NCBI GenBank assembly: GCA_964490955.1
Contig: CAZBEN010000001.1
Span: 1-51,916 of the forward strand
Direction: 5' to 3'
Length of the DNA: 51,916 nucleotides
Source: an uncultured Zetaproteobacteria bacterium
Lineage (GTDB): Bacteria; Pseudomonadota; Zetaproteobacteria; Mariprofundales; Mariprofundaceae
The stretch's first letter is position 1; every line of letters starts with the position of its first letter. The notes beneath the pieces are model-generated. The model had not been told where the DNA came from. It saw nothing but the letters and a program-made list of their open reading frames with translations, and did not search any database. The position numbers were made by a program, and so were the translations under genes. Of this stretch, positions 9,771 through 19,705 are shown piece by piece.

Positions 9771-11774
9771 TCAGCTTAATAGCGGGGCGATCACCAGTGA
9801 TACAATGGCCATCACATTGATCAGAATATTCATCGAAGGGCCTGACGTATCCTTGAACGGGTCACCGACGGTGTCGCCGACGACGACTGCCTTATGTACA
9901 TCCGAACCCTTGCCGCCCAGGTTACCTTTTTCGACATGCTTTTTGGCATTGTCCCATGCACCACCTGCATTGGCCATCATCAGGGCCATCAGAACACAAC
10001 AGACCAAAGCGCCTGCCAGCATACCGCCGAGCGCCTGGGCACCAAGCCCAAACCCGATTACGACCGGGGCAGAAACAGCCAGAACACCCGGTAGCACCAT
10101 CTTTTTCAGTGCTGCAGTAGTCGCGATTTCAATACAGGAGGCATGATCCGGTTCCGCCTTGCCTTCCATCAATCCCGGGATTTCGTGGAACTGGCGGCGA
10201 ATTTCCTTGATCATTTCAAAGGCTGCATCGCCTACGGCTGTCATGGTCAGAGCTGCAACCAGAAACGGAAAGATACCACCGATAAACAGGCCGATCAGCA
10301 CCAGTGGTTCATTCAGGTTCAGCGCAAATCCGGCATGGTGTTGTGAAACCGTCTGCACAAATGCAGCAATGATTGCCAAGGCAGCCAGTGCGGCAGCACC
10401 AATCGCAAAGCCCTTGCCGATAGCGGCAGTGGTATTGCCCAGTTCATCCAGTGAATCAGTAATCTGGCGTGTTTCCTCACCCATGCCGGACATCTCGGCA
10501 ATACCGCCGGCATTGTCAGCAACCGGACCATAAGCATCAATCGCCATGGTAATGCCGACTGTAGCCAGCATGCCGACAGCGGCAATGCCAACACCGTAGA
10601 TGCCGGCCATAGAGGTGGAGACAAAAATGATGGCGGCAATGGTCAGGATTGGCACAACGACTGATTCCATGCCAATAGCCAGGCCGGAAATCATCACCGT
10701 GGCAGGGCCGGTTTCACCCGCATTGGCAATATTGCGTACCGGTTTACCGCCCGTATAATATTCGGTCACGATACCAATAATGATACCGCCGATTGCGCCG
10801 GAGATAATGGCGCCCCATACAGATGAAACGATTTCGAGCATGGTTACTACAAAAAACGCGGCGATAATGAACAAAACCGATGCACCGATGGTGCCGATGC
10901 GCAACGCCAGTGCCGGCTCTTTGTCGGCAAATATTTTGACCAGTGCAATGCCTGCAATTGAGCAGATTAGGCCAAGTGATGCCAGTGCCAGTGGCAGGAA
11001 CATAAGCGATTGCTGTTGGCCAAGCGGAGCCAGTATATCGACAGCCAGGGTGGAAGCCATGGCAATGGTGGCAATTATAGCGCCACAGTAGGACTCGAAA
11101 ATATCGGAACCCATACCGGCCACATCGCCGACATTATCGCCGACATTATCTGCAATTACACCGGGGTTACGTGGATCATCTTCCGGAATACCTGCTTCGA
11201 TCTTGCCAACCAGATCAGCTCCGACATCTGCACTCTTGGTGAAAATGCCACCACCGACACGGGAGAACAGGGCCACCGATGATGCGCCCATGCCAAAGCC
11301 GTGGATGGCATGTGCTGTCTCCGGATCACCACCGAAAAAAAGGTATAAGGTGCCAAGTCCCAGCAAGCCCAGCGAGGCAACGGTAAGTCCCATGATTGAG
11401 CCGCCATAGAAGGAAATTCTCAAGGCTGTTGCCGCGCCTTCATTCTGGGCTGCGGTGGCTGTGCGCACATTTGCCTTGGTGGCGGCAAACATGCCGAAGT
11501 AGCCGGCCATTGCTGAACAGACCGCTCCCAGCAGAAATGCGATGGTTGTATTTGCGCCCAGCGTGAAGGCCAGGGCGACAGCGACAATGCCGACAAAGGC
11601 CGCCAGAATGGTATATTCACGTTTCATGAACACCATCGCACCGAGATGAATGGCTTCGCCAATCTCAATCACTTTACCATGACCTGCCGGATATTTCTTC
11701 ACGGTTTGATACAAATAGAACGCTATGATCAGTCCTGCTCCTCCGAAAATAGCCGGAATCATTTGTTCACTCAT
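9771..11774 (-). CDS. hppA: Membrane-bound ion-translocating pyrophosphatase (K+-dependent, probably Na+-pumping)
   Basis: [33 protein letters not shown] and [14 protein letters not shown]. Confidence 0.96.
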   Translation of the reverse strand: MSEQMIPAIFGGAGLIIAFYLYQTVKKYPAGHGKVIEIGEAIHLGAMVFMKREYTILAAFVGIVAVALAFTLGANTTIAFLLGAVCSAMAGYFGMFAATKANVRTATAAQNEGAATALRISFYGGSIMGLTVASLGLLGLGTLYLFFGGDPETAHAIHGFGMGASSVALFSRVGGGIFTKSADVGADLVGKIEAGIPEDDPRNPGVIADNVGDNVGDVAGMGSDIFESYCGAIIATIAMASTLAVDILAPLGQQQSLMFLPLALASLGLICSIAGIALVKIFADKEPALALRIGTIGASVLFIIAAFFVVTMLEIVSSVWGAIISGAIGGIIIGIVTEYYTGGKPVRNIANAGETGPATVMISGLAIGMESVVVPILTIAAIIFVSTSMAGIYGVGIAAVGMLATVGITMAIDAYGPVADNAGGIAEMSGMGEETRQITDSLDELGNTTAAIGKGFAIGAAALAALAIIAAFVQTVSQHHAGFALNLNEPLVLIGLFIGGIFPFLVAALTMTAVGDAAFEMIKEIRRQFHEIPGLMEGKAEPDHASCIEIATTAALKKMVLPGVLAVSAPVVIGFGLGAQALGGMLAGALVCCVLMALMMANAGGAWDNAKKHVEKGNLGGKGSDVHKAVVVGDTVGDPFKDTSGPSMNILINVMAIVSLVIAPLLS

Positions 11775-11800
11775 GCCTTGCTCCCTGTTCGATATAGCAT

Positions 11801-11831
11801 AAAAAAGGCGATTGATTGCCCAACCGCCTTT
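11801..11831 (-). terminator. Intrinsic terminator-like hairpin between ppa and hppA
   Basis: Minus strand AAAGGCGGTTG-ggcaat-CAATCGCCTTT followed by further Ts. Confidence 0.7.
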
Positions 11832-11866
11832 CTGTATTAAATTTGTATCGTGGTCAATCCCCGTAG

Positions 11867-12400
11867 TTACACTTCACCGTTATAGCGAGCGATAGAATCG
11901 ATGATTTCCTTGCGTGCTTCATCTGCTCTGCCCCAGCCGGTCACCTTGACCCATTTGTTCTTTTCCAGGTCCTTGTAGTGCTCAAAGAAGTGGGCAATCT
12001 GATCAAGCAGGAAGTTTGATACGTCTTCCAGACATTTCACATCATCAAATGATGGTTTCAGTTTGGATACGGGTACTGCCAGCACTTTGGCATCCTGACC
12101 CGCCTCATCCTCCATATGCAGCACGGCAATTGGACGACAGCGTACCACGCAGCCGGTAATCAGTGAAAATTTGGAAATGACCATCACATCTACCGGATCA
12201 CCATCATCCGACAGCGTATTGGGCATAAAGCCGTAGTTGCACGGATAGTGCATAGCCGTATGCATGAAACGGTCAACAAAGAATGCCCCTGACTCCTTGT
12301 CCAGCTCATACTTCACAGGATCGGCATGCTGCGGCACTTCGATCACCACATTGATGTCGTTGGGCGGATTCTCACCGGCAGGAATTTTTGTAATATCCAT
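11867..12400 (-). CDS. ppa: Soluble inorganic pyrophosphatase (family I)
   Basis: KYELDK, YPCNYG, DGDPVD and [10 protein letters not shown]. Confidence 0.97.
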   Translation of the reverse strand: MDITKIPAGENPPNDINVVIEVPQHADPVKYELDKESGAFFVDRFMHTAMHYPCNYGFMPNTLSDDGDPVDVMVISKFSLITGCVVRCRPIAVLHMEDEAGQDAKVLAVPVSKLKPSFDDVKCLEDVSNFLLDQIAHFFEHYKDLEKNKWVKVTGWGRADEARKEIIDSIARYNGEV

Positions 12401-12431
12401 TCTTGATCTCCCCTATTTGTTGATGTGCTGA

Positions 12432-13526
12432 CTATACGTTGAATCTGAAGTGAAGCACATCGCCATCCTTGACGATGTACTCCTTTCCTTCAAGTCGCAT
12501 TTTTCCAGCCTCTTTGGCTTTGGCTTCACCACCAAGGGACACGAAGTCTTCATAGGCAATGGTTTCGGCGCGAATAAACCCTTTCTCAAAATCGTTGTGA
12601 ATCACCGCTGCCGCTTTCGGCGCCGTATCGCCGCGGTGAATGGTCCAGGCACGCACCTCCTTGACACCGGCTGTGAAATAAGAGATCAGATCCAGCAGGG
12701 TATAAGCCTCGCGAATGACAGTATTCAGGCCCGGTTCGGACAAGCCCAGATCGGCCAGAAATTCAGTTTTTGATTCCTTATCCATTTCAGCCAGTTCCGA
12801 TTCAATCTGGGCAGAAATTACAGCTACACGGGCTCCTTCTTCAGCAGCGAAACTGCGAACCCGGTCAACATAGGCATTGCCATCAGGAAGGGAGCTGTCA
12901 TCCACATTGGTAACATAAAGCACCGGTTTGATGGTCAGCAGGCACAAATCTTTGATTGCACCCTGAGCATCTTCGGAAAGTTGCTGGCGGCGCACGGTGA
13001 TACCGTCTTCCAGTCCGGCCAGCACTTTCTGCTGCAGTTCCAGTATGGCTTTGGCATCCTTGTTACCAGTCTTGCACTGTTTTTCAGTGCGCAAGACCGC
13101 CTTTTGGACGGTTTCCATATCCTTGAGCATGAGTTCGGTGTCTATGACCTCAATATCAGACAGCGGATCAATCTTGCCGGAAACATGGGTGACATTTTCA
13201 TCTTCAAAACAGCGAACTACATGTGCAATGGCCGAGCATTCACGAATATTGGCCAGGAATTTATTGCCGAGGCCTTCGCCGCTTGCTGCACCTGCGACCA
13301 ACCCGGCAATGTCGACAAACTCGACAATAGCATGCTGCATCGCTTGCGGTTTAACGATTTTAGCCAGCGCATCCATGCGTGCATCGGGCACCTGCACAAT
13401 GCCGACGTTCGGATCAATGGTGCAAAACGGGTAATTGGCCGCTTCCGCACCACCCCCGTTGAGGGCGTTAAACAAAGTCGATTTACCCACATTGGGCAAC
13501 CCAACAATTCCAATACTCAGTGCCAT
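12432..13526 (-). CDS. ychF: Redox-regulated ATPase YchF
   Basis: GLPNVGKST, ANYPFCTIDPN, DIAGLV and EGKEYIVKDGD. Confidence 0.97.
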   Translation of the reverse strand: MALSIGIVGLPNVGKSTLFNALNGGGAEAANYPFCTIDPNVGIVQVPDARMDALAKIVKPQAMQHAIVEFVDIAGLVAGAASGEGLGNKFLANIRECSAIAHVVRCFEDENVTHVSGKIDPLSDIEVIDTELMLKDMETVQKAVLRTEKQCKTGNKDAKAILELQQKVLAGLEDGITVRRQQLSEDAQGAIKDLCLLTIKPVLYVTNVDDSSLPDGNAYVDRVRSFAAEEGARVAVISAQIESELAEMDKESKTEFLADLGLSEPGLNTVIREAYTLLDLISYFTAGVKEVRAWTIHRGDTAPKAAAVIHNDFEKGFIRAETIAYEDFVSLGGEAKAKEAGKMRLEGKEYIVKDGDVLHFRFNV

Positions 13527-13544
13527 CGTTTTTACCTCGTATTC

Positions 13545-13677
13545 TTCACCGCAGAGGACACAGAGGACGCAGAGCTAAAAACTAAAAGAATTCATAGATA
13601 GGGCGGAAAGCAAATTCCCGTCAATCAATCATTCCGTTTTTTCTTTCCTCTGCGTCCTCTGCGTCCTCTGTGGTAAA
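13545..13677. repeat. Inverted-repeat element with 30-bp arms built from 9-bp tandem units
   Basis: ttcaccgcagaggacacagaggacgcagag (13545-13574) matches the reverse complement of 13648-13677 at 27/30 positions; 73-bp spacer. Confidence 0.9.
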
Positions 13678-13681
13678 ATGA

Positions 13682-14257
13682 TTATTTCGTTTGCAATGCC
13701 AAATGAATGCGATTGGCTGCTGTATCGGTTTGGCCGGACAGCAGCCAATCGATTTCATCCAGCAGGGCGGCAAAGATACGTGCTTCATCAGCCCGGTCAC
13801 CTTCATCGGCGCGACCCAGCACCCAGGGTGTTATATCGCCATGCGGGGGTCGGCCAATGCCGATTTTCACCCGTACATAATCGGCGCTTGGCAAGTGCGC
13901 ATGGATCGAACGCAGACCGTTATGACCGCCATGACCACCGCCTTTTTTGATACGTAATTTTCCCACGGGAAGATCAAGATCATCATAAACCACGATGATA
14001 TCCTGCTCGGCCACCTGATAATAACGCGCCAGTGCAGCGACAGTCTCACCGCTGTGATTCATGAACGTTTGCGGTTTGGTTAGAAGAATGCGTCCGTTGG
14101 CTGATTCCCAGCTTGCTGTTTCAGCATGAAATCGGGGGGCTGCGGCAAAGCGCAGCCCCTCTGATTTTGCCAGTAGATCGAGAAAACGAAAACCAATGTT
14201 ATGGCGCGTTTCCTTATACTTGTTGCCGGGGTTGCCCAGACCGACAAGCAGTTTCAT
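13682..14257 (-). CDS. pth: Peptidyl-tRNA hydrolase
   Basis: VGLGNPG, TRHNIGF, KPQTFMN and GGHNGL. Confidence 0.97.
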   Translation of the reverse strand: MKLLVGLGNPGNKYKETRHNIGFRFLDLLAKSEGLRFAAAPRFHAETASWESANGRILLTKPQTFMNHSGETVAALARYYQVAEQDIIVVYDDLDLPVGKLRIKKGGGHGGHNGLRSIHAHLPSADYVRVKIGIGRPPHGDITPWVLGRADEGDRADEARIFAALLDEIDWLLSGQTDTAANRIHLALQTK

Positions 14258-14281
14258 GATTACCTACAGGCTTGGCCGGGT

Positions 14282-14926
14282 TTACTCGGCTGCGTCAGTT
14301 GCATCTGTATCTTCTTCTGTATCTTCTTCTGTATCTTCATCTGTATCTTCATCTGTAGCAGTTTTCGGTGCCGACAGGTTCAGCACAGTGAAGTTGACAT
14401 CGTGCTGCACTTCAGAGCCTTCAGGCAGGGGGATATCATCAATATGAACCGTATCACCCATTTCCATGTCAGCACAATCCACTTCGATTTGATCAGGAAT
14501 AGAGTCAGCTCGGCAGGTGATTTCCAGTGAGTGACGGATGAGGTCGATCAGACCACCTTTCACAATACCTGGTGCTTTCTCATAGTTAATGGCAATAACG
14601 GGGACGTCCATGGTGATGGTGTCTTTACCAGATACGCGGAAGAAGTCCAAATGGGTGGCGGTATCCATAACCGGATCCCACTGGGAGTCTTTTAGCAGTA
14701 CACTGTTTTTGCCACGGGAACCCTTGACTTTTACTTCCAGCATGGATGTATGAAATTGCTCTTCATTGAGTAGCTTGGAAACAGCGTTAAAATCCATGGT
14801 GATAGCCAGATCCGGCTTGCCGCCGCCATAAATAATGCCTGGCAATTTGCCGACACGGCGCAAGCGGCGAGTAGCGCTACGTCCGGTTTCTTCACGAAGT
14901 TCAGCTTCGATTACGTAATCAGTCAT
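14282..14926 (-). CDS. rplY: 50S ribosomal protein L25 / Ctc (long form)
   Basis: RRLRR.GKLPGIIYG and HLDFFRV; next to pth; AAGGAG RBS before ATG 14926. Confidence 0.95.
   Translation of the reverse strand: MTDYVIEAELREETGRSATRRLRRVGKLPGIIYGGGKPDLAITMDFNAVSKLLNEEQFHTSMLEVKVKGSRGKNSVLLKDSQWDPVMDTATHLDFFRVSGKDTITMDVPVIAINYEKAPGIVKGGLIDLIRHSLEITCRADSIPDQIEVDCADMEMGDTVHIDDIPLPEGSEVQHDVNFTVLNLSAPKTATDEDTDEDTEEDTEEDTDATDAAE
14304..14357. repeat. In-frame 12-bp tandem repeat (4.5 copies) encoding the acidic L25 tail
   Basis: tctgtatcttcW x4 plus tctgta; encodes TDEDTDEDTEEDTEEDTD. Confidence 0.9.
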
Positions 14927-15010
14927 TTGTATTCTCCTTAAGAAATGCACCGTCGGGTTGTCCCGTCACGGTGTGCGCCTAGTTTACCGAGATTTCTGAC
15001 GCGGGCGCGC

Positions 15011-15039
15011 ACTCTAGGCAGACAGTGAAAAAAGTCCAA
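15011..15039 (-). promoter_or_regulatory. Candidate sigma-70 promoter for rplY-pth-ychF
   Basis: Minus strand TTGGACT...TAGAGT with 16-17 nt spacer, then GC-rich discriminator gcgcgcccg. Confidence 0.5.
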
Positions 15040-15059
15040 TATACGACTAGTTTGTGCTC

Positions 15060-15389
15060 ATGCTAAAGACTCTCGCATTATTCATTATCACCGCTATCGC
15101 AGAAATTGTGGGTTGTTATCTTCCCTATTTGTGGCTAAAAAAAGGGGGATCAATCTGGTTGCTGGTGCCGGCGGCCATCAGTCTTGCCTTGTTTGCATGG
15201 CTGCTATCACTGCATCCCACCGCTGCCGGTCGTGTGTATGCAGCCTATGGCGGTGTTTATGTGAGCGCCGCCATTATCTGGCTGTGGTTGGTGGATGCGA
15301 TTCGCCCGTCGATATGGGATGTGGTCGGTTCAGCCGTGGCCTTGCTCGGTATGGCTATTATTATATTCGGTGCCCCTCATGCGTCATAA
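15060..15389 (+). CDS. ynfA: YnfA (UPF0060) family small membrane protein
   Basis: [10 protein letters not shown] and [12 protein letters not shown] signatures; four TM helices. Confidence 0.92.
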   Translation: MLKTLALFIITAIAEIVGCYLPYLWLKKGGSIWLLVPAAISLALFAWLLSLHPTAAGRVYAAYGGVYVSAAIIWLWLVDAIRPSIWDVVGSAVALLGMAIIIFGAPHAS

Positions 15390-15407
15390 GGAAACCATTC
15401 ATAAAAA

Positions 15408-16355
15408 TCAGTCATACAGGCTGGAAATGGAGCGGGCATCATAGATGCGGGTGATCGCCTCGCCCATCAGAGGCGCGATAGAAATGATCCGCACCTTACC
15501 TGAGTTAAGTACTTTTTTCGGTTGTGCAATACTGTCAGTGATAATCAGTTCAAACAGATTCGATTTGGTCAGCCGCTTGGCGGCAGGGCCGGAGAGGACG
15601 CCGTGGGAAGCATAGGCGCTGACTTTGGTCGCCCCCTGCTCAAGCAATGCTTCAGCCGCACCGCAGAGTGTGCCTGCGGTATCCACCATATCATCAATCA
15701 GAATACAATGCTTACCATTTACATCGCCAATGATGTTCATAACTTTGGCTACATTCGGGGCAGGGCGGCGTTTATCGACGATGGCCATATCCACATGCAA
15801 GCGGTTGGCCAGTGCGCGTGCACGCACCACACCACCGACATCAGGTGAGACAATCATAATGTCATCCAGTCGATTGCGTTCCTCAATATCTTTGGAAAAC
15901 AGGGGTATGGCGAAAATATTGTCTACCGGGATATCAAAAAACCCCTGGATCTGGGTGGCATGCAAATCGAGTGTGAGTACGCGGGTGGCTCCGGCGCGGG
16001 TAAGTAAATCAGCCACCAGTTTGGCTGAAATCGGCGTGCGACCGGCACTCTTGCGATCCTGTCTGGCATAGCCAAAGTAGGGGATAACAGCGCAGATATT
16101 GCGTGTGGAAGCACGTTTGGCGGCATCGATAAAAATCAACAATTCCATCAGGTTGGCATTGGCCGGTTTGCTGGTGCTTTGAATAAAGAAGGCATCCTGA
16201 CCACGAATGGTTTCCCTGATCTGGAGGAAGATTTCTCCATCGGAGAAACGCTGGAAATACAGGTCGCCCATGGGGTGTCCGATGTGGTCGCAGATCGACT
16301 GCGCCAGCGAGGGGTTGGATGTGCCTGAAAACAGTCGCATTTTTTGATGGAACAT
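15408..16355 (-). CDS. prs: Ribose-phosphate pyrophosphokinase
   Basis: FSDGE, PYFGYARQDR, DLHATQIQGFF, VSPDVGG and DDMVDTAGT; start MFHQK after GGAGG. Confidence 0.97.
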   Translation of the reverse strand: MFHQKMRLFSGTSNPSLAQSICDHIGHPMGDLYFQRFSDGEIFLQIRETIRGQDAFFIQSTSKPANANLMELLIFIDAAKRASTRNICAVIPYFGYARQDRKSAGRTPISAKLVADLLTRAGATRVLTLDLHATQIQGFFDIPVDNIFAIPLFSKDIEERNRLDDIMIVSPDVGGVVRARALANRLHVDMAIVDKRRPAPNVAKVMNIIGDVNGKHCILIDDMVDTAGTLCGAAEALLEQGATKVSAYASHGVLSGPAAKRLTKSNLFELIITDSIAQPKKVLNSGKVRIISIAPLMGEAITRIYDARSISSLYD

Positions 16356-16431
16356 AATCAGTTCCCTCCTGTGGATGCTGTGCACACCCTTTCATGCTCA
16401 TGTTCACCGCAATGAAGCTGGAGAACCTGAC

Positions 16432-16506
16432 TGGCTGGGACGGCAGGATTCGAACCTGCGCATGACGAGATCAAAACCCGTTGCCTTACCGCTTGGCCAC
16501 GTCCCA
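16432..16506 (-). tRNA. tRNA-Gln (anticodon TTG)
   Basis: TGGGACG-TGGCCAAGCGGTAAGGC-A-ACGGG-TTTTGAT-CTCGT-CATGC-GCAGGTTCGAATCCTGC-CGTCCCA-GCCA; cloverleaf with encoded CCA; usual ispE-tRNA-Gln-prs position. Confidence 0.97.
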
Positions 16507-16527
16507 TTTTTTAGAAACTCTGAACAC

Positions 16528-17394
16528 TCAAAGTTTCCCTTGTATTGGATGTACGTTTTTTATGCATCCAATATGCATCCAATTCGCTATATGCTGCTGT
16601 TGCAGCAGTTTTGCTACTTCTCTGGCTTTATCATGATGCTCAAACAGAGCAATGCATGCCGAACCACTGCCACTCATCCATGCCGTACTCGTATGTTGAT
16701 GTAAGCATTGAAGTAACTTGGCTACATCAGGATTGAGGCTACAGGCGCTCGCTTCCAAATCATTTTCAGCCATCTGCGGCGAATCGCGGCGGATAGTATC
16801 CAGCACCTCCAGACCGGTCAATGAACGATCAGGGCGAAGTGATCTATCAAAATGCCGGAAGACTTCCTTTGTGGAAAGCCCCGTGGCAGGGCGAACCAGC
16901 AAGAGAGTCCTGGTCGGTAATGGTAATGGATAATCCTGCATTTTTTCACCAATACCGTGCGCCAGGCTGGCTCGACCATAGAGAAAACAGGGGATATCTG
17001 CTCCGAAGGGGGTGGCAAAAGCAATCAATTCGTTGATGTCCGCCTGAATGTTCCAAAGTCGGTTTGCTACCATCAGCGCAGTGGCGGCATCGGATGAGCC
17101 GCCACCCAGACCGGCCTGCTCCGGGATGTGTTTTTCAATATAAATGCTCAACCCTTGTTTGATCCCGTGTCTGGCTTTGAAAGAGGACAAAGTTTTATGT
17201 ACCAGATTATTTTCACCGGCCAGATGCTGCTCCGAACAGTCAACGACGATATCTTTCGACAGGGATACTTTCAGTTGATCGCAAAGATCGGTATAGGCGA
17301 AGGCAGTATCCAGTTCGTGCATACCATCGGGGCGGATGCCGTTGATGCGAAGATACAGATTGATTTTCGCAGGGGCAGGGAAGCAGCGGTCCAT
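16528..17394 (-). CDS. ispE: 4-diphosphocytidyl-2-C-methyl-D-erythritol kinase
   Basis: APAKINLYL, KHIPEQAGLGGGSSDAA, GADIP, ENDLE and MSGSGS; start MDRCF. Confidence 0.95.
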   Translation of the reverse strand: MDRCFPAPAKINLYLRINGIRPDGMHELDTAFAYTDLCDQLKVSLSKDIVVDCSEQHLAGENNLVHKTLSSFKARHGIKQGLSIYIEKHIPEQAGLGGGSSDAATALMVANRLWNIQADINELIAFATPFGADIPCFLYGRASLAHGIGEKMQDYPLPLPTRTLLLVRPATGLSTKEVFRHFDRSLRPDRSLTGLEVLDTIRRDSPQMAENDLEASACSLNPDVAKLLQCLHQHTSTAWMSGSGSACIALFEHHDKAREVAKLLQQQHIANWMHIGCIKNVHPIQGKL

Positions 17395-17399
17395 AATGG

Positions 17400-17969
17400 T
17401 TATGACTGAATCTTCAGGACAGCTTTGCGTCCGTGCTTCATATCGGTGATTGTCAGTTTGCGCAGCTCTTTTTGCCAGCGAAGGCGGATCAGGTAACCTG
17501 ATTCCCGGCTTTCCCATATCTGTCCGCTTTTTTGCCTGAAGTGAGCCGGCATTCGGCCGAGCAGGATTGCAGCCAGCTCATGCGGCGGAATGATAATGCC
17601 ATGCTCCGACAATTTCTCCAGTTCGATTTGCCGCCATGCTGGTTGCTGATTATCACGAATTTGCAAGGCCTTGCCATGCCAGCGAAGCTCTACAATAGTG
17701 CCGGTTGCTGCATGCGTAATGCGCAGCCACCCTTGCCCGGGTTTGCTGGCTTGCCATTTCAGGGATACCTGCCATCGCTTTGTCGGTTCAATAACAATGA
17801 GACGCCCTGAAAAAGAAGGGTACGGGCCGATAGATGCCGGTGTCACTGACACAGCCGGTTTGTGTAACGATGTGCTTGTGCAACCTGATAGCACCAGTAT
17901 GGCAGTTATGCACAGGATACTGAAATACATTGGCAACAAAGCGGGAGTTATTCGGGAGATGGGTGCCAT
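17400..17969 (-). CDS. lolB: LolB-like outer-membrane lipoprotein
   Basis: Lipobox LSGC, FSGRL motif; occupies the lolB position between a TPR gene and ispE; divergent sequence, start uncertain. Confidence 0.65.
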   Translation of the reverse strand: MAPISRITPALLPMYFSILCITAILVLSGCTSTSLHKPAVSVTPASIGPYPSFSGRLIVIEPTKRWQVSLKWQASKPGQGWLRITHAATGTIVELRWHGKALQIRDNQQPAWRQIELEKLSEHGIIIPPHELAAILLGRMPAHFRQKSGQIWESRESGYLIRLRWQKELRKLTITDMKHGRKAVLKIQS

Positions 17970-17974
17970 AAAGT

Positions 17975-19705
17975 CTATTTAAGACCTGCTTTGATTTTCT
18001 GCTTTAATTGCTCTGGGTGCTTGGGTTTTAGTTCGATAGCCTTTTGCCATGCCTGACGTGCGGCTTCTGGCTTGCCGTTTTTCCACATGATATCACCGTA
18101 ATGATCGTACATAACAGCATCATCAGTAACCTTTTTCAGTGCTCTGGTTTGTGCGGTTGCAGCTTTGGCATAATCACCTTTTTGGTAATATGCCCAGGCC
18201 AGTGAATCGAGATAATAGCCGTCATCCGGTTTCTGAATCAGGGCGAGGTTAATCAATGCTATTGCCTTGTTCAGGTTAACGCCTTGAGCCGCATAGGTGT
18301 AACCGAGAAAATTCAGGGCTTCGGCATCATTCGGATGGCGGCTGATAATACGATTGAGCATGGCTTCGACTTGTTCATACTGTTTGAAATGATCGAAAGC
18401 TACCGCACGGTTGAATAACAATCGGGCAGGAAGGTTATTTATTCCCATCAGTTTTTCAGTATCATCGAGTAATTGCCGATACTGTTTCCGACTCAGACGA
18501 ATGGCAGACAGCATCAGATGCGCATCCAGATGTGCAGGCTTTGTTTTTAGAACGTTCTGTAGCCGGTTACTGGCCTTATCCAGTTTATCCTGACTGATAT
18601 CAATGGCAGCCAACCGGATCTGTGAGTCAATTGCCATTGGCGAACTATCATCAATTTGCTCATAGATATCTCTGGCTTCTGAACTCCTGTCCAGTGCCTC
18701 AAGGCTTGCCGCCAGATAAAAGCGGTTCACATCATCAGGGTGGATATCAATCAGTTTGCGGAAAGTTTCTTCCGCTTCAGCATAGTCCTGGTGCTGGAAA
18801 TAAAGCATGCCCAGCTGCCGCAGTATCTCGGGGTTGTTTCCAGATCGACTGGCAAGATCCTTGTAAACGAGAATCGCTTCGACCAGTCGTTTTTCCTGCA
18901 TCATAAGTTTGCCCAGAGCAAGGCTGACATTCAGGGCTTCGGGGTGGTCTGCAATAAAGAAACGGAGCACTTTCTCTGCTTCCATGCTGTCATTTTCTTT
19001 CAATGCAAGCGCACTGAGCATTAAAACCGGCGTACCATCATCAGGGGCCAATTCCTGCATTCGGATTAGGGAAGCTTTGGCCGAAGTGATATCACCTTTT
19101 TTAACCAGCAGTTGAGCCTGTAGTTGGCGAAATTCCGGCAGGTCCTTTTCCCGTATAGCTGTATTAATAGCAGCAAGCGCTTCATCGAAACGTTTCTGGC
19201 TGGAGAGAATTCTGGCCTGAAGGTCACGCGCCTGTATGTGGCTCGGGTGGGCTTTCAGAAAGCCGGTGATAGCATCCAGTGCTTTTTCAGAACGGGATTC
19301 CGCCAGATAGAGCCGGATGCGGGTGAGCTGGACCTGTTCTCGCTGGCCGGGTTGCAGGTCTTTTTCTGCAAGCAGCGTATCCAGATGTACTTTGGCTTTG
19401 CCTGTCTGGCCGGTTGTGAGCAGCAAAGTGGTTAGCTGAATATGCGGATCAACTGCTTTAGGGTCTTTTTTGATCAACGTTTCCAGCAGTTCAATGGCAA
19501 GTGTACGGTTCCCCTCTTTCATTGCGCTCTGGGCAGCCAGATACAGGAATCGGGTATCCATATTTTGCATTGCCACATGCTGGTTTGGCACCTGTTTCGA
19601 GACAGGTTGTTGTACATCTGTTTGATGCGATGGTGTTTTCTGTATTACGCATGCAGAAGCAGAGATGATGGTGAATGACAGCAAAAAAAAGCGCAAATTC
19701 ATCAT
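17975..19705 (-). CDS. Tetratricopeptide-repeat lipoprotein
   Basis: Possible lipobox ASAC, many TPR helices, ALNFLGY / YLDSLAW / HYGD C-terminal motifs typical of the TPR gene upstream of lolB. Confidence 0.88.
   Translation of the reverse strand: MMNLRFFLLSFTIISASACVIQKTPSHQTDVQQPVSKQVPNQHVAMQNMDTRFLYLAAQSAMKEGNRTLAIELLETLIKKDPKAVDPHIQLTTLLLTTGQTGKAKVHLDTLLAEKDLQPGQREQVQLTRIRLYLAESRSEKALDAITGFLKAHPSHIQARDLQARILSSQKRFDEALAAINTAIREKDLPEFRQLQAQLLVKKGDITSAKASLIRMQELAPDDGTPVLMLSALALKENDSMEAEKVLRFFIADHPEALNVSLALGKLMMQEKRLVEAILVYKDLASRSGNNPEILRQLGMLYFQHQDYAEAEETFRKLIDIHPDDVNRFYLAASLEALDRSSEARDIYEQIDDSSPMAIDSQIRLAAIDISQDKLDKASNRLQNVLKTKPAHLDAHLMLSAIRLSRKQYRQLLDDTEKLMGINNLPARLLFNRAVAFDHFKQYEQVEAMLNRIISRHPNDAEALNFLGYTYAAQGVNLNKAIALINLALIQKPDDGYYLDSLAWAYYQKGDYAKAATAQTRALKKVTDDAVMYDHYGDIMWKNGKPEAARQAWQKAIELKPKHPEQLKQKIKAGLK

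Noticed and set aside
12981-13601. 206-aa ORF antisense to ychF, and the many similar shadow ORFs in recQ, hppA, ileS, mfd and pilQ
   Set aside because: They overlap well-supported genes, have no recognisable motifs and are explained by codon bias on the coding strand.
13545-13677. CRISPR array
   Set aside because: Units are 9 bp, tandem and inverted, with no unique spacers and no cas genes.
13621-13806. 61-aa ORF containing FTTEDAEDAEE
   Set aside because: It is a translation of the 9-bp repeat arm and overlaps pth out of frame.
16356-16527. Integrative element at tRNA-Gln
   Set aside because: No integrase and no duplicated tRNA 3' end seen; ispE-tRNA-prs order is intact.
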